Below are positions 9,676 through 20,169 of a DNA stretch of 64,000 bases, one piece after another. Source of the DNA: a bacterium. Lineage in GTDB: Bacteria; Verrucomicrobiota; Kiritimatiellia; RFP12; UBA1067. Below the pieces are notes generated by a model. The model worked only from the letters and a program-made list of their open reading frames with translations. It made no database searches and was not told the origin of the DNA. Location of the stretch: assembly GCA_037133395.1 (NCBI GenBank), contig JBAXOG010000004.1, positions 19 to 64,018 on the forward strand, written 5' to 3'. The stretch's first letter is position 1. Every line of letters begins with the position of its first letter. The position numbers were made by a program, and so were the translations under genes.

Positions 9676-10968
9676 ATGGACGCAGGCACATTTTTGAAGG
9701 AAAACGGACTGGATGTTGAGAAGATTGATCGTGTGGCATTGCTTGCAACCTTTATTGAGGAGATGGATGCTGGGTTGGCTGGCAAGCACTCCAGCTTGAT
9801 GATGATTCCTTCGTTTATCACGATTGATAAACGTGTTAAGACCCATACACCCGTGGTTGTGCTGGATGCAGGTGGAACAAATTTGCGTGCAGCCGTGGTC
9901 ACAATTGATGGAAGTGGCAAGGCTTCTATCGGTTCATTCTTAAAGCGCCCCATGCCTGGAACGCGCGGAGAACTTTCGGCAGAAGCATTTTATGATGCTT
10001 TCGCAGACTTCCTGATGCCGGTGATTGCAACGTCTGAAACTATTGGGTTCTGCTTCTCTTATCCCGCTGAAATCACACCGACGTGTGACGCGAAGCTCAT
10101 TTGCTGGACCAAGCAGATAGAGGTTCCCTCGGTGGTCGGTACGCTGATAGGTTCCGGTTTGCAGGACCAGTTGGCCAAGCGCGGATTCAAGCGCAAGGCT
10201 GTCATTTTGAATGACACGGTTGCGACGCTACTGGCAGGCAAGAGCGCGGGCGTAGCAAAAGCGTATAGCGCGTACGTGGGGTTCATCCTAGGGACAGGGA
10301 CGAATACAGCGTATGTGGAACACAACGCGAACATCACGAAACGAAGCGATTTGAACAGCAGAGAGTCGCAGGTTATCAATGTCGAGTCTGGTGGATTCAG
10401 CCGCGTGACGCAATCGGCCTTTGATCAGGCCATGGATGCGCAGACACATGATTGTGGACATTACGTTTTTGAGAAGATGATCTCTGGCGCGTATCTCGGC
10501 CGTATCGGCTTTGAGGTGCTCAAAGCTGCTGCAAAGAATAACCTCTTCTCTGCTGCGGCTGTTGTAACGATCCAAACATGGGACAAACTTTCCAATATGG
10601 ATCTGGATGCGTTCTGCGGGGATAAGCCACAGGCAAACAATCCCTTCATGGTCGAATCGTTTTCGGTTGCTGATCGTAATACCGTCAAGCAGTTATGTAC
10701 GCCTGTCTATGCGCGTGCTGCTGTGTTAACTGCAATTAATCTGGCTTCTGCAATCCTTAAGACGGGTGAAGGAAAAGATCCGCAGCATCCGGTCTGTGTG
10801 AACGTCGATGGCTCGACCTACTACAAGACGCTCACAGCCGACTTCCAGAATCGTGTGCAGCACGAACTGGCAGCCTTGTTGAAACCCCGTGGTATTGCAT
10901 ACGACCTCATCAAGGTGGATGAATCGCCTGTGATTGGCGCGGCGGTTGCTGGGTTGATGGCCGGCTGA
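9676..10968 (+). CDS. Hexokinase (eukaryote-type hexokinase family)
   Basis: LDAGGTNLRA, IGFCFSYP, WTK, LNDTVATLL, GFILGTGTNTAYVE, INVESG, FEKMISGAYLG, DGS. ATG at 9676 follows a G-rich SD. Confidence 0.9.
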   Translation: MDAGTFLKENGLDVEKIDRVALLATFIEEMDAGLAGKHSSLMMIPSFITIDKRVKTHTPVVVLDAGGTNLRAAVVTIDGSGKASIGSFLKRPMPGTRGELSAEAFYDAFADFLMPVIATSETIGFCFSYPAEITPTCDAKLICWTKQIEVPSVVGTLIGSGLQDQLAKRGFKRKAVILNDTVATLLAGKSAGVAKAYSAYVGFILGTGTNTAYVEHNANITKRSDLNSRESQVINVESGGFSRVTQSAFDQAMDAQTHDCGHYVFEKMISGAYLGRIGFEVLKAAAKNNLFSAAAVVTIQTWDKLSNMDLDAFCGDKPQANNPFMVESFSVADRNTVKQLCTPVYARAAVLTAINLASAILKTGEGKDPQHPVCVNVDGSTYYKTLTADFQNRVQHELAALLKPRGIAYDLIKVDESPVIGAAVAGLMAG

Positions 10969-10978
10969 ATAGAAGTAC

Positions 10979-12394
10979 ATGCAAAAACAAGCACCCCTCT
11001 ATTGTAATGATGCAGATAGCCTCGCGGAGACTGTGCAAGCGGCGATCGAACGCAAAGGGCTGTTGCGGGGGGTGAAGCGTTTGGGTGTGGCTGTGTCCGG
11101 CGGGGCGGATTCGGTGGCATTACTAACCCTGCTGGCGCCAATCTGCAAAAAAAACAAAATTGTACTCTTTGTGCTCCATCTGGACCATGGACTACGCGTA
11201 TCTTCTGTACAGGATGCGAAATGGGTCAAGGCGCTCGCAAAAAAAGCAGGTGTGTGGTGTGTTGCAGAGCGTCAAGAAGTCACGGCTCATCAAACCGAAG
11301 CAATCTCTGTTGAGATGGCCGCGCGGGATGTGCGACAAGCATTCTTTGCAGAGTGTCGGGCACGGTTTAAACTCGATGCGATTGCCACAGGACATCAGGC
11401 GGACGATGTTGCGGAAACCGTATTGCTACGCTTGATGCGTGGAGCAGGGGCCGCAGGTTTGGCACCTCTGAGAGATCGGTCACGCGGCGTTATACGCCCT
11501 TTGCTGCGTGTCTCTGGCGCGGCAATCCGTGCTTGGCTCAAACAGAAAAAGATAAAATGGCGCGAAGACACGACCAACAGGGACGTGTCGATTCCGCGCA
11601 ACAAGATGCGGGTTGAGATCTTGCCTTTTTTAGAAGAGAAGTTTGGCAACGCGCTACGCATGAATCTATGCAGGACCGCAGAGATTTTACAAGAGGAAGA
11701 TGCTCTCTTGGAGAAGCTGGCGCAAGATTATGTCACGAATGAAAGGCCTGACGAGACCTTGGACATAAACAGACTCAAGGTGTGTCCCTTTGCGTTGCAG
11801 AGACGTGTGATGCGGTTGTGGCTCTGGCAAGCAGAGGCTCCTTTGCCAAGTGGCTTTGAGACGGTTGAGCGGTTACTCGCCTTGGAAGAAGGCGACAAGG
11901 AGCAGCTCGCGGAAGATGTGTATGTGATGCTTCGGGCTGGCGCATTACAAATCATCCACACAACGCCTATTCAGAGACCTACAATAAAGGTGAACCTCCG
12001 GGGTCAAACGCACTGGGGGGATGTGGTGATTTCATGCACGTCGGGTAAAGGGATCGAGAATGTTGCGGATAGGACAGGGTTGTATCCTGCGGTGTGTACG
12101 ATCAATCCGGATCTGTTGGATGGAAAACCGCTCATGGTAAGAAGCCGTCTGCCCGGGGATCGCCTTCAGCCTTATGGGATGAAGGGGACAAAAAAGGTGC
12201 AGGATATTTTGGTGGATGCGAAAGTTCCCGAGCACCTTCGCGATGCTGTGCCGCTCTTGGTGTGCGGTGAAGAGGTGGTCTGGATTCCGGGTTATCGCAT
12301 AGCGAGCCGTTTCGCTGTCCCGTCGAAGACTGCCAAGAGTTTACGGATAGAGGTGGTAAGCCCGCCGCCCGGGAACGAGAGCAGTGCTCAGTAA
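10979..12394 (+). CDS. tilS: tRNA(Ile)-lysidine synthetase
   Basis: AVSGGADSVAL, HLDHGLR, ATGHQADDVAET, RPLL, W.ED.TN, RN..R; TilS_C with KKVQDILVDAKVP. Confidence 0.95.
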   Translation: MQKQAPLYCNDADSLAETVQAAIERKGLLRGVKRLGVAVSGGADSVALLTLLAPICKKNKIVLFVLHLDHGLRVSSVQDAKWVKALAKKAGVWCVAERQEVTAHQTEAISVEMAARDVRQAFFAECRARFKLDAIATGHQADDVAETVLLRLMRGAGAAGLAPLRDRSRGVIRPLLRVSGAAIRAWLKQKKIKWREDTTNRDVSIPRNKMRVEILPFLEEKFGNALRMNLCRTAEILQEEDALLEKLAQDYVTNERPDETLDINRLKVCPFALQRRVMRLWLWQAEAPLPSGFETVERLLALEEGDKEQLAEDVYVMLRAGALQIIHTTPIQRPTIKVNLRGQTHWGDVVISCTSGKGIENVADRTGLYPAVCTINPDLLDGKPLMVRSRLPGDRLQPYGMKGTKKVQDILVDAKVPEHLRDAVPLLVCGEEVVWIPGYRIASRFAVPSKTAKSLRIEVVSPPPGNESSAQ

Positions 12395-12395
12395 T

Positions 12396-12479
12396 CAGTC
12401 GGACAGGTCGGACGGGATTGGGGAACGCTCAACGGCCAATTTTGAATAAGGCAATAACGCAATAAGGCAATAAGGCAAT
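12396..12479 (+). repeat. Stacked short tandem repeats (9-mer, 7-mer, 8-mer) filling the tilS-phosphatase junction
   Basis: cagtcggac/aggtcggac (12396-12413); aacgctc/aacggcc/aattttg (12424-12444); aataag-GCAATAAC-GCAATAAG-GCAATAAG-GCAAT (12445-12479) running into the ATG. Confidence 0.75.
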
Positions 12480-13164
12480 GCTTATAAAGGTTTTTACAGA
12501 GGCGATTGATTTTAAGAGGGTTAAACAGTTTTTGGCAGAGGGATGCAAGGTGTCGTTGCTCATCCGCCATTCGGAACGTCCAGCGATTACACCCGGGGAT
12601 ACGACATTTGGTCACTCCTTGGCCTTGACACTTCGCGGTAAAGAGATGGCGCAGAGGGCAGGCCAGTTGCTAGCTGGATCGTATGACGTCCGGTTTCTGT
12701 CGAGTCCGATGGTGCGTTGTCAGATGACGGCTGCCTGTCTTGTGGAAGGCATGGGATGTGAGGGGGCTGAGGTGATTGACGAACCGATTTTGGGGCTGAA
12801 GAATTTTTATTATGATGATGCGGAGAAGCTGCCAGGGGAGATGATGAGATGCGGCTATATTCAATATATGCTCGATTATTTGCGGACAGGATCTGCGCTT
12901 TATTCCCATGATATTGCTGTGGCGACACCTCAGATGGTCGCCTGGCTACAAAGCATGACAACCCGGCAACTCAACGTGCTTGTGTCGCATGATATTTTTG
13001 TTGCAGCTCTGCTTGCGGGTATCCAGGCTCGCACGTATACGGCAGAAAATTGGGTTGGTTTTTTGCACAGCGCAGCAGCGATTTGCACGCCGGAGCACGA
13101 CTGGCTCTTCTATCCTTGTGTACCCTCTTTGGTCATAGAAGACACTATATCTTTTGTTCAATAG
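12478..13164 (+). CDS. Histidine phosphatase family protein
   Basis: LLIRHSER (RHG-like), LT.RG, SSP..RC..TA, VSHD. Confidence 0.8.
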   Translation: MLIKVFTEAIDFKRVKQFLAEGCKVSLLIRHSERPAITPGDTTFGHSLALTLRGKEMAQRAGQLLAGSYDVRFLSSPMVRCQMTAACLVEGMGCEGAEVIDEPILGLKNFYYDDAEKLPGEMMRCGYIQYMLDYLRTGSALYSHDIAVATPQMVAWLQSMTTRQLNVLVSHDIFVAALLAGIQARTYTAENWVGFLHSAAAICTPEHDWLFYPCVPSLVIEDTISFVQ

Positions 13165-14191
13165 GGACGGGCTTACTCGTATCGTCTGCTTGAGGGATAT
13201 CTGTGAAGAAGAAAGCCGTCATGGCAAGTATTAAAACCAAGCAGACAATCGTGGCCGATTTTACGATGCTTTGTTTCGGGAGATCGACATGCGTTTCTCG
13301 CTCTTCAAGACTATGCATCCATGCCTTGGCCGTGGGCTTCTCGTTTTTCTTACTGAGAAACACAAGCAGATTTGCAAAGTGAAACATCAAGAGTAAGCCT
13401 ATGACGAACGTAACATATTGCGAATAATGAGCGTAAAACGCAACAGCCCACTGACGATCCAGCTTTAGGGCGATGAAACACACGAGGAGTGAGCGAATCA
13501 GATTAGCAACAAAGGTAATCGGAATCGCGTAACAGAATACCGCCCAACGTTGCAGGCGTGTCTTGACCGTAAAATGGGCAAACGTGGTTGCGATGACTAA
13601 CATGGAAAAGAGTGAATGTATGCCGCTCAAGGGCGCATCGGGTTTTAAGTTGAAGCCTTTAAGACCCAGCAGGTCACGCAAGGTGGTAAACCCGGATTGC
13701 TCCACAGATGTCCCGAAACGTATGATCATCTCCGGGAGGGGTTCGGATAGCGTCTTGAGACAATCAAGATAGAAATGAACCGGAACGGCGAAGGCTAAAA
13801 ATCCCATCGGGAACCATAATAATTTAGCGGCTTCTTTTCCCCAAAGAGAATATGAAACGGAAACGACAACGCCGGCAAGCGAGAGAAGCTGAAAGGGAGG
13901 TTTGTCGCTCGAAGCAGATGCGACAAGAGCGCCCAAGAAAAGACAGGTTAATCCGAAGCCGATCCAGGAGGGTAAAGAAGCGGCTTTCGAAATCTCGTTT
14001 CTCCGGCTACAGAGAGCATAACAACTAATCAAGGGAACGAACCACTCGAAGGATAGAAGTTGTGTGGCCGATAATTTTGTGAAGTCAATGGCTATTGCGC
14101 TGAACAAGATCGCTTTAAAATGAAGGCAGCCGAGGACGATTAATACGCCTAACGTCACCGCGCGTAACCACGCTAAAATTTTTATATCCAT
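13145..14191 (-). CDS. Exosortase-family membrane protein lacking the catalytic Cys
   Basis: Colinear with the neighbouring exosortase (FP.GFL.F.VP, LFSML, ANLIRS), but PDAPLSGIHS replaces VADPCSGIRS and FYAHYS replaces FYHDYS. Confidence 0.75.
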   Translation of the reverse strand: MDIKILAWLRAVTLGVLIVLGCLHFKAILFSAIAIDFTKLSATQLLSFEWFVPLISCYALCSRRNEISKAASLPSWIGFGLTCLFLGALVASASSDKPPFQLLSLAGVVVSVSYSLWGKEAAKLLWFPMGFLAFAVPVHFYLDCLKTLSEPLPEMIIRFGTSVEQSGFTTLRDLLGLKGFNLKPDAPLSGIHSLFSMLVIATTFAHFTVKTRLQRWAVFCYAIPITFVANLIRSLLVCFIALKLDRQWAVAFYAHYSQYVTFVIGLLLMFHFANLLVFLSKKNEKPTAKAWMHSLEERETHVDLPKQSIVKSATIVCLVLILAMTAFFFTDIPQADDTSKPVPIEQKI

Positions 14192-14203
14192 TTTCAATCC
14201 TGC

Positions 14204-15889
14204 CTATTTGAGAAGTATTTTCGGATACAACTCATCTAAAAAGGCTTCAAACTGCTTTCTCGCTTCTGGGTCATCCAATGGAGCCGATACATTAATGGCA
14301 ACCATCGCCCAACGATTAATGCGATTCAGGATGGAGCGATCCCAGATGTCGAGTGATATGCGCTCAGCATGCGAGGCACACTCATGGTTGGGGCTCACGA
14401 ACCAATAGACGAGCGAAAAAAGATAATCGGAGGACGAGCGTTGAGCTTGAATAATCCGCGCTTCCCGAGGGTGTCCCGATTTGATATCTAATTTCTCTTT
14501 TTTTGCGCTGAGCATCACGAATCCTTGTGCAGGGAGGCAGAGCTCCGCCCGATGGATACTTCCACGGCTTCGTCCTGCAATGACAACGCTGACCGAATAA
14601 ATGAGCCCATCCGCAGAGCGATAGACCCTTTTAAGGATTTCTGTATCTTTAGGAAGGTCTTGTAACTCACCCATCGAGACTTTCTCCATTTTTCCTCCAC
14701 AGGTCGGACACTTAAATCCGTCGCCTTGTTGGCATTTTTTTTCGATCAGAATTTGTTCTTCCGAGTGATCATTGCATTGTTCGTTGTGACAGAACCAGGG
14801 CTGATCGCCATTAAAAGAACCGACTTGTTTGGGAAGGCTCGCAACAATAAAACGCGCTGAATCGTAGACAGGGGCACTCACCATCCGATTGCTGATAAAA
14901 ACAAAGAGCACACAAAAAGAGATAAAGCCGACGGGAACGAAATCTTTCCATGTCAGTGGCCGCACACATTCATTTTCTTTCGAGGCATGGACAAAAAGCG
15001 AACGAAGACGCGGGAAAAAAGTGATAGCCCAAGTATCTATTTTCACCATCCATCGACCTGCTTCGAACATCAATAAAACGCCGATGACAAAAATGACGAA
15101 ACCAGAATAATCATGATAGAAGCCCGTTGCAATTTTTTGTCCAAAAAAACGTGCGACCAAGCAAATGGAAAAAATCCGAAACATGTTTCCAATCATTGCG
15201 ATGGGCAATGAACAGGCAAAGAGCATCCATTTCTGAAGGCGTGTTTTTAACGTAAAATGAGCGTAGGCCGCTGTCAGTGCCATCATGGCAAAGAGCGAAC
15301 GAATTCCGCTGCAGGGATCGGCCACATCCACATTGAACTCGCCTCCAGGTACGTGAGAAAAAAGTGCCGTCCCCGAACGTTCAATGGCCATGCCGAATCC
15401 ATTGAGAATACAGGTGGCCATGCCAGAAGAAAACATACGCAAGTGCATCGTGAAGAAATCAAGAAAGGAAGAAATGGGGACTGTAAACAATAGGAATCCA
15501 GCCGGGAATAACATGAGCTTAGCCGTAGGCCGTCCCCAAAGGGCATAAGGGATAGACCAGATGAGTCCAATCAGGGACAGTTGCTCAATACGTGATTGCT
15601 GTCCGCGTGCTCCAAACCAGGCTGCGACCAGAAACAGGCAGGACCAAAAGAACCCTTGCCAAGAAGGCCTCCCGATGGCCATGGCTTTGGAAAAATCAAC
15701 CCGCATTTTCCAGATCGCAAAAAGGCTGACAAACGGGATGACCCATCCATGCGACATATCCTCCAAGGGTTCGTTAAACATCACCAGGGTGTAACCTATC
15801 ATTCCTGAATAATTATAATAGGCAAAGAAAACCATAAGGGCGACCATTATAAATCGCGTCCAATCAAGTATTTTTTTCTGCATGATCAT
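14204..15889 (-). CDS. Exosortase (EpsH) fused to an EpsI-like periplasmic domain
   Basis: DMSHGWVIP, VADPCSGIRS (Cys), GNMFRI (Arg), FYHDYSG (His); EpsI motif SIHRAELCLPAQGF and YWF. Start approximate (15883/15889/15910). Confidence 0.85.
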   Translation of the reverse strand: MIMQKKILDWTRFIMVALMVFFAYYNYSGMIGYTLVMFNEPLEDMSHGWVIPFVSLFAIWKMRVDFSKAMAIGRPSWQGFFWSCLFLVAAWFGARGQQSRIEQLSLIGLIWSIPYALWGRPTAKLMLFPAGFLLFTVPISSFLDFFTMHLRMFSSGMATCILNGFGMAIERSGTALFSHVPGGEFNVDVADPCSGIRSLFAMMALTAAYAHFTLKTRLQKWMLFACSLPIAMIGNMFRIFSICLVARFFGQKIATGFYHDYSGFVIFVIGVLLMFEAGRWMVKIDTWAITFFPRLRSLFVHASKENECVRPLTWKDFVPVGFISFCVLFVFISNRMVSAPVYDSARFIVASLPKQVGSFNGDQPWFCHNEQCNDHSEEQILIEKKCQQGDGFKCPTCGGKMEKVSMGELQDLPKDTEILKRVYRSADGLIYSVSVVIAGRSRGSIHRAELCLPAQGFVMLSAKKEKLDIKSGHPREARIIQAQRSSSDYLFSLVYWFVSPNHECASHAERISLDIWDRSILNRINRWAMVAINVSAPLDDPEARKQFEAFLDELYPKILLK

Positions 15890-15925
15890 TTCGACTCTTT
15901 TCCTTGTCACAGGGCTTTATGTAAT

Positions 15926-17063
<1,138 letters not shown>

Positions 17064-17071
<8 letters not shown>

Positions 17072-18590
17072 GATGTGCACTCCTGATGCGATAAAGAACA
17101 TCCTCTTTCTCAAACGTAAAATGGCCTGTAAGCAAGACGTTTGACGTATACCCGGCAACAGGCGACACAATAAAAACACGGGCTCTTGTTTTTATCAGTC
17201 GGACAAGATCCTCATCTGTCTCACCTGTAAAAAAAGTAATAACGCGAATATGAGGCGTTAGAAGTCCAGCGGCTTGTGCTGCCATGATGGGTCCCGCCGC
17301 AGTATTGTCCGCAATGAGGACATCGCCTTGTTTTAGGATAGCACAGACATGTTGAATAAAGCGAGCGGCTGATTGCTCGTTGTGTTTCCAGGGAAACAGC
17401 CAATAGCTACTTTCCTCTCTAAAGGGGAGTTCGCGCATCCGCTTAACCCCGCCTTGTCGGGTTTGTAAAAAATGATGGAGGATCAAGGGCGTTGCAAGCG
17501 AGAAGAACAAGATCACGGCTCCTAACGTGATCAGATGCTTACGTTGAAGCGTCAGGCTGTCTAATCCCATACCAACCCAAATAACGAGGAGCGCAAGGGA
17601 GGGTAATATAAACGTGGCTTGATCGGGTACAAAATAACGAATCCAGAACACAACATGGATCGCGGTTAATCCGAGAAGCACAATTTTGAAGCAAGTATAT
17701 TTGCTGTGCGTCCGTCCTGCAAAGCCAGCAAATACCCAGGCAGGATTGAATAGGCTGATGCCGGCCAATGCTAAATTCATCTTTGCCAACGGCCAATTAA
17801 TCGCTCGGGTTCCGACGACAACATCTTCAAACTCGCGACCAAACAAGAGGCTCTTAACCGTTGTAACGAACGATTGTGTGGTGCCCCATTCGATCACAAA
17901 AAGTCCGAGGAGTAAACAGGCTCCGAGTAGCCAGGTGCTAGCACAAATAAGAAGAACACGGGCCATGTACAGGAAATGTTTTCGGGCATGCAGATAGACA
18001 AAAAGAATGGCATAGATCGGCAGATTTAAAAAAGCGAAATTGTGGAGGGACGCATGCAGGCCGTTCAGCAGGGCGAGAAGGATCCAGCCCTGAACCCTGA
18101 CCCCTGAATCTTGCTCTGGTGTTGCGCAGAGGTGCGCAACGCAGAGCAACTCCGCCATAAGAAAGGCAAGTGACCAGGTATAGACTTCTGCAATCGTGGA
18201 CATCCACCACGCCATGTGAGTGAGCCCAAGAGTCAAGACCGCGAGGATGATGGTGGATGTTTTAAGTTGCAACTGCAACAGGATGCGCGTCAAAAAGAAT
18301 AATGCGAGCGACATACCCAGACCGCTAAAAAGATTCAGTGCATAAAAACGACAAGAGGCCGGAAAGAAAAAAGAAAATAATTCTGCTCCAGCAATGTAGC
18401 ACGGATGCGAGCGTGCAATTCCGGAGATCCAAAAATAATCATGAGCGAGCACACGATATTGAAATTCTCCGCTGTCTTGCCAGCTTACACCCCGTTGCGC
18501 TGTTGCTGCATAAAGAAGAAAGAAACAAACAAAGATCACACCCGAGAGTATCCAGTTTTTATTCGATGTTATGTCTCTGATGCATATCAT
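17064..18590 (-). CDS. DUF2723/TMEM260-like (GT-C) membrane glycosyltransferase
   Basis: N-terminal TM then WQDSGEFQ...GIARSHP.Y; later W..S..AEVY; polytopic hydrophobic profile; overlaps the aminotransferase start. Confidence 0.7.
18088..18110. repeat. In-frame heptamer tandem repeat inside the DUF2723 gene
   Basis: CCCTGAA-CCCTGAC-CCCTGAA (3x7 = 21 bp), encoding part of DSGVRVQG on the minus strand. Confidence 0.55.
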
Positions 18591-18598
18591 AAGAGAAG

Positions 18599-19219
18599 TT
18601 ATTTCAATCGGGCACGGGTTGTGTGGTCAAGAATGTGAGTCAAGGCGGTTGTGCCAGCACCGAGCGTGGACCACGCTCCCATTTTTATAAGTGGAATCGT
18701 TGAGGCGTTGGTTCCGAGGAGTGCCCCTTCTCCGATGTGGCATCCGCCAGAAATGCGGGCTCCTGGACAAACCTGCACAAAGTCGGCCAGAGTGACATCA
18801 TGACCAACACAGGCTTGATTATTCACGATGACATGGCTGCCGATGAGAGCCCCAGAAGAGACAATGCTCCCGATGCCAATGAAAGAGCCTTTGCCAATGG
18901 TCGTGTCAGGCGCGATGATCGCCGTGGGATCAATAATAGAGTGAGGAAGGATCCCAACAGCGCAGGCGCGTGCGACAACGGATTGCCGTGCACGATTATT
19001 TCCAATGGCACAGATGAAGCGCGCACCGGGCAGTTGAGCAGCAGCATTCTCCAGTGTTCCGAGCAGTGGAAAGCCTGCAAAAGTTCCGCTCTGTTTATCC
19101 GAAGCATCGTCGCAAAAACCGATCAGCCCCAGATCGCACCCTGCATGGTTCATACGGTCGATAATCCAGGCGATTTCTTTGCCGAACCCACTTGCGCCAA
19201 TGATGATTATTTTTTTCAT
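18599..19219 (-). CDS. Sugar N-/O-acetyltransferase, PglD/NeuD family
   Basis: IIIGASGFGKE, GFCDD, AIGNN..R, VGHD, hexapeptide repeats. Confidence 0.88.
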   Translation of the reverse strand: MKKIIIIGASGFGKEIAWIIDRMNHAGCDLGLIGFCDDASDKQSGTFAGFPLLGTLENAAAQLPGARFICAIGNNRARQSVVARACAVGILPHSIIDPTAIIAPDTTIGKGSFIGIGSIVSSGALIGSHVIVNNQACVGHDVTLADFVQVCPGARISGGCHIGEGALLGTNASTIPLIKMGAWSTLGAGTTALTHILDHTTRARLK

Positions 19220-19788
19220 TGCACTCCCTTGAATTCATCCATGGTGGCTTCACCATCAGCATGGATGCCTTGGCGTGTTAAGACGCGCCAAGCGGTGAGC
19301 CCAATTATTTTTAAATCAAGTCCGAAAGTCCAGTGGTCAACGTACCAAACATCATAAGCAAATTTTTGTTCCCACGTGAGCGTGTTGCGCCCATTGATTT
19401 GCGCCCATCCTGTTAGGCCGGGACGCACATCGTGGCGGCGCAACTGCTCAGGCGTGTAACGCGATAGGTAACGTACGAGCAGGGGACGTGGACCCACCAG
19501 CGACATCTCCCCCTTTAGAACATTGAAAAGCTCAGGCAGTTCATCGAGGCTGGTGGCGCGCAGGAAACGTCCCATGCGTGTCAGGCGTTCGGCATCTGGG
19601 GCATCGCCCAAACGCATGGTGCGAAACTTGAATAAGCGAAAATTTTTTCCTTTCAAGCCAGGCCGCTCTTGCGTGAAGAACACCGGGGCGCCCATGCTGA
19701 TCAACACAACGCAAGCGACCAGTGCCAGCAACGGCAACCAGAGCACTGCTGTGAGAAGCGTGAGTGTCATGTCAAATAAGCGTTTCAT
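19216..19788 (-). CDS. Monotopic undecaprenyl-phosphate sugar phosphotransferase, PglC/EpsL-like
   Basis: KRLFD, FFTQERPG, KFRTM, SLDELPEL.NVLKGEMSLVGPRP, RPGLTGWAQINGRN. Confidence 0.92.
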   Translation of the reverse strand: MKRLFDMTLTLLTAVLWLPLLALVACVVLISMGAPVFFTQERPGLKGKNFRLFKFRTMRLGDAPDAERLTRMGRFLRATSLDELPELFNVLKGEMSLVGPRPLLVRYLSRYTPEQLRRHDVRPGLTGWAQINGRNTLTWEQKFAYDVWYVDHWTFGLDLKIIGLTAWRVLTRQGIHADGEATMDEFKGVQ

Positions 19789-20168
19789 GGCACGGGGGTA
19801 ATAGCGACGGCCTCGATTTCAATGCGAGCGTTTTTGGGTAAGCGCGACACTTCAACAGTTGAACGCGCAGGTTTGTGTCCGGCGAACATCTCCTCATACA
19901 CTTTGTTCATGAAGGGAAATTCTCCCATGTCTGTGAGAAAGACGGTTGTCTTCACGACCTGGCTCAAGCTTGAACCTGCTGCCGCAAGAACGGCACGGAG
20001 ATTTAGGAGCACTTGCATGGTCTGTTCTGCGGGGCCTACGACTTCGATGATGCCGGTGACTGGATTGATCGGGAGTTGTCCTGAGCAAAAGAGTAAGCCG
20101 TTGACTTCAATGGCTTGTGCGTAAGGACCGATAGCTGCGGGTGCATTTGGGGTATTAATTATGTTCAT
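19785..20168 (-). CDS. ridA: RidA/YjgF reactive intermediate deaminase
   Basis: APAAIGPYAQA, SGQLP, VVKTTVFL, PARS, LPK...IEIEA. Confidence 0.9.
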   Translation of the reverse strand: MNIINTPNAPAAIGPYAQAIEVNGLLFCSGQLPINPVTGIIEVVGPAEQTMQVLLNLRAVLAAAGSSLSQVVKTTVFLTDMGEFPFMNKVYEEMFAGHKPARSTVEVSRLPKNARIEIEAVAITPVP

Positions 20169-20169
20169 A

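Noticed and set aside
12445-12479. GCAATAAS arrays as CRISPR repeats
   Set aside because: Contiguous 8-bp units with no spacers and no cas genes.
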